The notes under the pieces are model-generated. The model ran no database searches. It was not told where the DNA came from and saw only the letters and a list, made by a program, of their open reading frames with translations. Positions 57,556 through 64,000 of a stretch of 64,000 nt of DNA are shown here, in pieces. Both the position numbers and the translations under genes were made by a program. This stretch comes from a candidate division WOR-1 bacterium RIFOXYB2_FULL_45_9 (GTDB lineage: Bacteria; Margulisbacteria; WOR-1; O2-12-FULL-45-9; XYB2-FULL-48-7): NCBI GenBank assembly GCA_001771575.1, contig MEUD01000001.1:991277-1055276 (forward strand). Direction: 5' to 3'. Numbering within the stretch: the first letter of the stretch is position 1; each line of letters begins with the position of its first letter.

Positions 57556-60500
57556 CTACTGCAGAGTCACCAGGACCAGGAGTTTTCCTTTTTGTCCAGC
57601 CGGCATTGATTTGAGCGCTTTGCCGATAATCGTCCCCGCCTGGGGGTTGGCCGGCGCTTTCATGGCGTAACCCGGGTTGGCAGAACTGACCAAAAGGTCT
57701 CCCGGCTCGATCGCGCCGCTGGTCGCGTCAACCTTAACGTCATAGCGGCCGGTGTAAACGATCGGCTTACCGTCTTTGAGCTCGTCATTCATCGTCAAGC
57801 CGCCTTCAGTTCCGCGGTAGACGCCGGCAACTTTTGTCGAATTGGCGACATTACAAACTGACATTTGGTCGCTCCCGGAGATCATCATGACGTCACCATC
57901 TTCGGCCGCGCCGGAGACATTGTGCTTTTCGTTCAAGTCAGCAGCCGTAATCGCGGTGTTGGTCCCATAGTATTTCCAAGCGTAAATCCTTCGCCACTTC
58001 AAGCTTGATGTCCCTAAGTAATAACCCGTTGTGTCACCCGTTGAATTAACCTCCGGATAAACATTGCCGTTAAAGGTCGATCCCTGTTTAAATTTCAATT
58101 GAGCAGGGATATTTATGATAAACCCACCAAAGTTCAGTGAATATGCCGCTTTATATTCCATCCAATTAGACAGGTTTTCGGTTGAGTTGGCAAATGTTAC
58201 TTTCGACAAAGAAATGGTCCCGGTTGTGATCTTTGAGGCATCAATGTTAGGGATTGCCGTTGTAGCCAGAGTTCCCGTAACTTTGCTGGCGCTTATGCTG
58301 GCGATCCTGGCGTCAGCCAAGGTCCCGGTCGTGATCTTGGAGGCGTCAAGGTTAGGAATCGCGGTTGTAGATAGAGTCCCAGTAATCTTGCTGGCGCTAA
58401 CGCTCGCGATCCTGGCGTCAGCCAAGGTCCCGGTCGCGATCTTGGAGGCGTCAAGAGCGGGAATATCGGTCGCCGCCAGTGAGCTCTTATAGGCGAGCGA
58501 ACCCAAAGCCGGCTTATTCGCGATGTCGGTCGAATTATAGTCAACCGCGTTCTTGGTCGCCAGCGTTCCTAAACCGGAAATTTTAGAGGTCGACAAAGTC
58601 CCATCCATATCACCCAGCGGCGCCCGGAAAGCACTGATCTTGTGCCAGCTCCCCCCCATCATATCCATATACATTCCGGTCTCACCAAGAGTACCAGAAT
58701 TGACGAAAGCCAACGCGCCGCTACCAGTTGAAGCCGGCAGGTTGGCAACCGAAGCAACCGTCTTAAACGCGCTTGCTCCGGCAATCGCGCCCGCTGCTAA
58801 TTTATCCCCAGTTACTACGCCAGCGCCCAATTGACTTCCGGCCAATGTCCCAGTAATCTTGCTCGCGCTTATACCTGCTAATTGGTTGTCTGTGAATTGA
58901 CCACTGACTTTGCTGGCGCTTAAGCCGGAAATCTGGCTGTCGGCAAACTGGCCGCTGACCTTGCTGGCACTTAAACCAGAAATCTGGCTGTCGGTCAATT
59001 GGCCAACAAGGCTCCCGGCGTTGATGCCGCCGGTTATATCACTTTCGGTTATACTGCTTTTAAAAGCTAACGTGCCCAGGCCATTGCCGGTGATCGCCGA
59101 AACCGCGCCGGAGAGCTTGCTGGTGTTAATGCCAGCCCCAGTCATAATGTCGAGGTTAGATATAGTTCCATCGGCAATCTTGCTGGAAATAACCGAGTTG
59201 TCGGCTAGCTTTGATGAAATAACCGAAAAATCAACTAATTTCGGGCTGGTGACGGAGTTATCAGCCAGCGCCAAACCGGCAACTTCGGTTTTTAAGGCGT
59301 ATTGGGTTAGCACATCTTTTGAAGCAAACGCATTATTTAAGCCTGACAATAACGGATTGGTTGCTTCAGTCATCGGGTTTTGAATAGCCTCCAATAGTGG
59401 GCTGACTACTTTTTGCTTCCAGTCGACCATTTCGTTGTAACCCCATTCTGGTTCAGGCCAAGAGATTGGCGGCCATGGCCCAACGAGTTCTTCCTTCCAA
59501 CCGCCCGGAGGAAACAGGGGTGTGTTTCCAACTCTGGCATAAATCTCTGCCACATTGCTTTGCTTCACGTCAACTCCATTCAATCCTTTATCCTGGCAAT
59601 AATAATAACGATGCTCGTCCGGGCTTGTTCCCGAAACATCAAACAAATTCCTTTCCGAGTTTGCCGGCATATTTACAATTTGGTTATACCAAGAGTCGGA
59701 TTTGATCATATATTCATAGTTTTTACCTGTTAATCTCATCGTCCAATTATATCCAGTGGTCCCCGCCTGGTCACCTGTCGTTCCATCATTGCTATAATAT
59801 TCAAGATCGGCATTATCTTCATAATCATACCCGTCTAATTCGCCAATTTTTACCCATTGCCCCTTCTTTCCAGCAAATGCGCTGGGAGCAACTAAAAATG
59901 AAACATTTTCCGCTTGCGGCGCGTGATTGAATGGCGGGGGGACTGCCGAGACCGCCTTTGCCGCGTTAACAAGCACGTAAGAAATTACGGCACTTTTGTT
60001 TGTCACTTTAACCTTAAAATACCCGTTACCAACCTCTGTCAACACCGCTTTCTCATCATTTTTAGGGGTCATCAGAATTATGGAGTCCGTTTTTACATAA
60101 TCATTGTTAATCTTTAATTGAAACCAACTTGATTCCGCATGGTAGCTTGTTCCCCATAAAACAGTGACACTGTCCAATATTATCCAACCGGCCAGCATAT
60201 TCTTTTTTGGGACTTCGACCGTTCTAATATTAAAGTTATCAACAATGTTTAATGTCCCGCTTAAATTAACTACATCTGATTCCATGCTGATATATCCACC
60301 CGTATGGTTCCTGGAATTTACGGCATTTACAGAATTGATCGAAGAAATTGAGTATGGTGAAGATAATAACGGGGTCTTGTATGATTGCGCATTGTTTTTA
60401 TCGGTTAATAAATAATTCCCCTTATAACTTATTGATAAATAATAATGACTATCAAAATTAGCAGTTATTTTATTCGCGGTTGTCGTTCCAAGCCTTGCCG

Positions 60501-60759
60501 TAAAAAAACCATTCTTGTCAGGATATACTTTAATTGTTTCCTCCCATATCTTTGTCGTGCTAGCAAGGGTCGGCCACAACGCGAAGGTCACATCAACGCC
60601 TAAAGCTGAATCCACGGGTTTGTCGTTTTCTTTTAAAACTCCCTGAACGTTAAAGCTCTTTGTAAGTTCAGCAAACACACACAATTGTAATAGCACAACA
60701 CCAAGCAGTAAAAACAGCCCCAATCTCCCTTTCATAAATACACTCCTTAATTGATTCAT
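57556..60759 (-). CDS. secreted trimeric fibre/tail-fibre-like adhesin with shaft repeats and C-terminal chaperone-like domain
   Basis: Sec signal; QG.L...VTFALW...W.E...NGFF..LG N-terminal domain; LADNSV.S.K, SQISGLSASK and IP.LDASKI.TGTL repeats; ADLNE...IEPGDLLVSS..PGYAMKA...GTIIGKAL. Confidence 0.75.
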   Translation of the reverse strand: MNQLRSVFMKGRLGLFLLLGVVLLQLCVFAELTKSFNVQGVLKENDKPVDSALGVDVTFALWPTLASTTKIWEETIKVYPDKNGFFTARLGTTTANKITANFDSHYYLSISYKGNYLLTDKNNAQSYKTPLLSSPYSISSINSVNAVNSRNHTGGYISMESDVVNLSGTLNIVDNFNIRTVEVPKKNMLAGWIILDSVTVLWGTSYHAESSWFQLKINNDYVKTDSIILMTPKNDEKAVLTEVGNGYFKVKVTNKSAVISYVLVNAAKAVSAVPPPFNHAPQAENVSFLVAPSAFAGKKGQWVKIGELDGYDYEDNADLEYYSNDGTTGDQAGTTGYNWTMRLTGKNYEYMIKSDSWYNQIVNMPANSERNLFDVSGTSPDEHRYYYCQDKGLNGVDVKQSNVAEIYARVGNTPLFPPGGWKEELVGPWPPISWPEPEWGYNEMVDWKQKVVSPLLEAIQNPMTEATNPLLSGLNNAFASKDVLTQYALKTEVAGLALADNSVTSPKLVDFSVISSKLADNSVISSKIADGTISNLDIMTGAGINTSKLSGAVSAITGNGLGTLAFKSSITESDITGGINAGSLVGQLTDSQISGLSASKVSGQFADSQISGLSASKVSGQFTDNQLAGISASKITGTLAGSQLGAGVVTGDKLAAGAIAGASAFKTVASVANLPASTGSGALAFVNSGTLGETGMYMDMMGGSWHKISAFRAPLGDMDGTLSTSKISGLGTLATKNAVDYNSTDIANKPALGSLAYKSSLAATDIPALDASKIATGTLADARIASVSASKITGTLSTTAIPNLDASKITTGTLADARIASISASKVTGTLATTAIPNIDASKITTGTISLSKVTFANSTENLSNWMEYKAAYSLNFGGFIINIPAQLKFKQGSTFNGNVYPEVNSTGDTTGYYLGTSSLKWRRIYAWKYYGTNTAITAADLNEKHNVSGAAEDGDVMMISGSDQMSVCNVANSTKVAGVYRGTEGGLTMNDELKDGKPIVYTGRYDVKVDATSGAIEPGDLLVSSANPGYAMKAPANPQAGTIIGKALKSMPAGQKGKLLVLVTLQ

Positions 60760-60786
60760 TTTATTTATCCTCCTAAATTAATTCTT

Positions 60787-62697
60787 TCAATAACTATCCC
60801 AATTGAGCAGGTCTCGGTTTAGGAGTTCCTGCACAACTTTGGTCCGCTGAAGCATTTCCACCGTCTCGGCGCGGGTCAACTGTTTGTTCGGTTCAAAGCC
60901 GCGCCCTTTCAGGTATTCCAGGATACCGGCGCTGTAAGCTCCCGAGATCCTCTGCGCCGCCCAGTGATTGACCCTGATATCAGGGAATTGATTTAAGTAG
61001 ACCTCTTCCGCGATCCCCGCGAACCGGGCGATCATCAGGAGCCCCTCGGCCCGGGTGATCTTCCCGTTCGGCTTGAAGACGTTCCCAGGGTAGCCTAAGA
61101 CTACTCCCTTCTTGGCCGCTTCGGCGATGAATGGAGCCGCCCAATGCTTGGCCGAGACATCTTTGAAGGCCGCTTTGGCGTCTGCAGTCGGCACCCCGAT
61201 CATTGACTTGATCAGGAGGGAGCACATCTCGGCCCGGGTAATGTTGCCTTCCGGCTTAAAGGTCCCGTCAGGGTAACCGGTGATCACTCCGGCCATCGCC
61301 AGAAGCGAGGTCGGCTTGTCAACCCAGTACCCAATGGGGACATCCGGGAAGGTGACCAGTCGCAAAATGCGCGGCCGCTTCCCGAAGATAAAAGCCTTGT
61401 CGGCGTAAGATTCGATCGAAATGGCGTTCTTACCAATATAGAGGTCGTAGGTCGTGGCAAACATCCCCTTGAGATTGAACTTGACCGGCACCCCATTCGC
61501 CCTTAAACTCTTGACCCGATAGTCAACCACCTCACCCGAAACAGGGACCTGCGCCGCAAAGGTGATCAACTTGTCTTCAGGAGAGAAGAGCTTGAACGCC
61601 TCTTTGGGGATCTCGATCTTGGGGGGCTGGAAAGCGTATGAAAGGGAGAAGAAGCTATTGTCGATGTTAGGCGCTCCTGCAAAGGTGTGGTAAGCGTAAT
61701 CAAAGCGGAAACCGCCGTAGTAGAGCCCGACACCATAGGCCATATCGGAAACGGTCGTTAAGCCTCCGTTTCCGTCGCCGGCTGAATCCTGGTCGATCCC
61801 GGCCCTGATCCCGATATAATCTATTGGTTTCCATTCCGCTCCAAGATGCATTAGCCCCGGGAAATTCTTCATTGTCGGGTGGAGCTCGTAATCGGCCAAT
61901 ATTATTAATTTATTTTCGCCGATTTTATATAAACTGTCTGTTTTACCCAAAAGGTTGACGCTTGTTCCCAGAAAAAAGACCGCCGGATAATATTCCGTGT
62001 GTCCCGAAGCGTAAGTCAGCTTTCCCCCCATCGCGGCGGGCAAAACATTGGTCCCGGTCGCACCGATCTTCAGCCACTTTTGCGGCTTGATCGTTAAACC
62101 AAGATCAAGCTCGTAGCCGCTGGCGTCGCCGCCGACGATACTGTCACCGTAGAGCGCCGCTTTGAACAACTTAACGCTGGCACCGATCGAGATCTTATCG
62201 GCAAAGGGGAGTTTGTCCAACCTAACATAACCCATTTTCTTGAGTTCGTTGGCATAGGAAATGACCATGGCGTTGTTGTAATTCCCCATGACCGGCTGGG
62301 AAGAGTCGACCACGAAGATCGGATCGTCCGGGTCGGAGGCCGCTTCAATGGTGGTGGCAAAAGCGCCGCCGATCGAGGTCCCGGCAAAACCAAAGCCGAT
62401 CACCCCAAAGTCGGTGGCGTAAAGTCCGGAAGCGGAGAGGTAGGAGTATTCATCAAGGAATTTACCGGACATGGAAGAGAGTTGCCACCCTTCAATCCCC
62501 GCCATACCGGCCGGGTTGGAGTACATTGCCCCCGCGTCATCAGACAAGCCTATGTAAGCTTTGCCTAAACCAAGGACCCTGGCGTTAGGAATATAGCGGG
62601 TCGGGTCCTGGGCGACATATTCCGCCAGGGCAACCCCCGCGACTAACAACATTAACACTAATAGAGTTATAACTCTTTTCATTAATTTACTTACCAC
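60787..62697 (-). CDS. PorV-like beta-barrel + Ig-like + three SLH domains, paralog 3 (start possibly 62682)
   Basis: NARVLGLGKAY...YSNPAG; FRFDYAY; FPDVP..YW, GYPDGTFKP...ITRAE. Confidence 0.85.
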   Translation of the reverse strand: MVSKLMKRVITLLVLMLLVAGVALAEYVAQDPTRYIPNARVLGLGKAYIGLSDDAGAMYSNPAGMAGIEGWQLSSMSGKFLDEYSYLSASGLYATDFGVIGFGFAGTSIGGAFATTIEAASDPDDPIFVVDSSQPVMGNYNNAMVISYANELKKMGYVRLDKLPFADKISIGASVKLFKAALYGDSIVGGDASGYELDLGLTIKPQKWLKIGATGTNVLPAAMGGKLTYASGHTEYYPAVFFLGTSVNLLGKTDSLYKIGENKLIILADYELHPTMKNFPGLMHLGAEWKPIDYIGIRAGIDQDSAGDGNGGLTTVSDMAYGVGLYYGGFRFDYAYHTFAGAPNIDNSFFSLSYAFQPPKIEIPKEAFKLFSPEDKLITFAAQVPVSGEVVDYRVKSLRANGVPVKFNLKGMFATTYDLYIGKNAISIESYADKAFIFGKRPRILRLVTFPDVPIGYWVDKPTSLLAMAGVITGYPDGTFKPEGNITRAEMCSLLIKSMIGVPTADAKAAFKDVSAKHWAAPFIAEAAKKGVVLGYPGNVFKPNGKITRAEGLLMIARFAGIAEEVYLNQFPDIRVNHWAAQRISGAYSAGILEYLKGRGFEPNKQLTRAETVEMLQRTKVVQELLNRDLLNWDSY

Positions 62698-62714
62698 TTA
62701 ATACTTGCCGCTTA

Positions 62715-64000
62715 TTATCTAATATGATGCTGGAGCATTGATCCGGGAATGAGCAGGATCGGCGCCTTCGCGATCCTTTTGCCGGTCGCCGGATCGATAA
62801 AAATCGACATCCCGATCTGGGCGGCGCGATCCGGCCGCAAGTCCTGGGTCTGAGCGGTCAGCCTGGCCCGGTCGGCCCGGACGCTGACGTCCATTTTCTT
62901 TGTCCCAAAAGCGCCGGTTTTGCTGAAAGTTTTGCGGTAGATGACCTGTCCGGTCCTGGCCCCGCTGACAATGATCCACTGGATCTGGTCCGGCAAATTC
63001 CCGTTCTTGGTCCAGACCGTGGCGTAGAAGTTCCCTCCACCGTCAATCTCCACCGGAGTAGTGATCGCCCTGGTCTCCTCAACGGCGGTCCCTCCCCCTC
63101 CCCCTTCGGTATAAAGGTCATAGCGGATTATCCCAACATGACCAGCATCGTCTTCGGCGTAAAAGAAGAGGGTGACCGGCCGGCCATCAGTGTTGGGCAA
63201 ATTTGCGTTAAAAATAAAGTTTTCTACGTACGCTTTGAGCGGCGGAACGGTCGAATCGTCAAACCGGATGTAACTGCTTGGGATGTCTTCAATAACGGTG
63301 ACAATGTTTATCCCTTCATTATACCTGGCAACAACCTTCGCCCTGACCGTGCTCGCGTTCAATGAATTGGGCAAAATGGTTGAAATGTCAAAACTGATCC
63401 TCGGGTTGGGGCTGACGGTCGTGGCAGGGGTTTCGGAAAGAAGGGCTTCCGGATAAACATTGCCGTTGATCGAGACCCTGCTGATCGTTACCTCGCCCGA
63501 TCCATTAATAATAGTTAAGGCGTTAATCTCTCTGGTCGCGGTCGAATCGGGATTGGTGACCAGCAGGTCCCTGGTCCCCGCCTCAATGCTCGGATCGATA
63601 AAAATGTTAATCACAATTTTACTTGCGCTTTCGTAAGTCGTTGACCTGACATCAACATCATAATCAAACGAGGTTTCGCCGCTCTTCATAAAGGCCGATG
63701 ACAGGGGACTGCCGCCCGGATACGACGGCATAAAATCGGTCCCGCTGACTTCGATCGTCCCGATCCAGCCGCGATACCTGGTGCTGGGAGTAAGGGCTGT
63801 TACCGTCGGCGAGCGGAGTCGGTAGATCCGTCCGATGTCGCCGCACATATACGCGTAAACCCCGGCCAGTTCACCCGGATAGACCAGCCGGACAAAAATA
63901 TCCTGAATGTTGGTCGCCGGGGTGTAATCATATATCCCCCAGTTGGACCCGCCGTCGGTCGTGTAAGCGGTCACTCCGCTATCCCCCGCGACCCAACCAA
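62715..64000 (-). CDS. 5'-truncated secreted protein: YCF48/BNR propeller repeats, IPT-like and Ig-like domains, degenerate CTD-like tail
   Basis: Frame is open to the window edge (GWVAGDSGVTAYTTDGGSNW); SPNPRISFDI domain resembles that of 45439; ends KRIAKAPILLI. Confidence 0.75.
   Translation of the reverse strand, partial: GWVAGDSGVTAYTTDGGSNWGIYDYTPATNIQDIFVRLVYPGELAGVYAYMCGDIGRIYRLRSPTVTALTPSTRYRGWIGTIEVSGTDFMPSYPGGSPLSSAFMKSGETSFDYDVDVRSTTYESASKIVINIFIDPSIEAGTRDLLVTNPDSTATREINALTIINGSGEVTISRVSINGNVYPEALLSETPATTVSPNPRISFDISTILPNSLNASTVRAKVVARYNEGINIVTVIEDIPSSYIRFDDSTVPPLKAYVENFIFNANLPNTDGRPVTLFFYAEDDAGHVGIIRYDLYTEGGGGGTAVEETRAITTPVEIDGGGNFYATVWTKNGNLPDQIQWIIVSGARTGQVIYRKTFSKTGAFGTKKMDVSVRADRARLTAQTQDLRPDRAAQIGMSIFIDPATGKRIAKAPILLIPGSMLQHHIR

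Noticed and set aside
57556-60759. Prophage remnant suggested by the tail-fibre-like gene
   Set aside because: The protein has a Sec signal and there are no other phage genes nearby
59-63846. Many 60-260 aa ORFs antisense or out of frame to the long genes
   Set aside because: They are shadow ORFs fully overlapping well-supported genes, with no recognisable motifs

Overview
This is a 64 kb bacterial chromosome segment of about 50% GC by eye. The combination of SLH-fused outer-membrane barrels, a VAVAA-ending tmRNA tag and the protein styles suggests a diderm Terrabacteria lineage such as Ca. Saganbacteria (WOR-1) or Margulisbacteria; this taxonomy is inference. Region 1-30.5 kb (+) holds a PKD-repeat protein, a membrane Ser/Thr kinase, a PP2C phosphatase, a coiled-coil protein, several lipoprotein-like orphans and large Ig/IPT surface proteins. 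It also holds two tandem pairs of a cargo protein with a FlgD/T9SS-type C-terminal domain followed by a PorV-like barrel fused to SLH domains. Region 30.5-45.4 kb holds a DUF4015-like hydrolase, a response regulator, a membrane histidine kinase, a methyltransferase, a GT39-like transferase, tmRNA and smpB, dapB, dut, an M16 peptidase, nadD and proA. Region 45.4-64 kb (-) is a second surface cluster: a third PorV-SLH protein, a trimeric-fibre-like protein, and four strictly alternating pairs of two secreted paralog families (A,B)x4 ending in a CTD-bearing gene. Main candidates for novelty: (1) a T9SS-like, cell-wall-tethered surface display or appendage system with an alternating A/B subunit array; (2) a sigma28-like promoter, GAAA-N15-NNCGA(T/G)A, present six times in full and once truncated, upstream of mostly non-flagellar, effector-like genes; (3) an A9 slippage site that would fuse two ORFs; (4) a 27-residue tmRNA tag; (5) several apparently leaderless genes. 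No CRISPR array, rRNA, tRNA, integrase or transposase was found.
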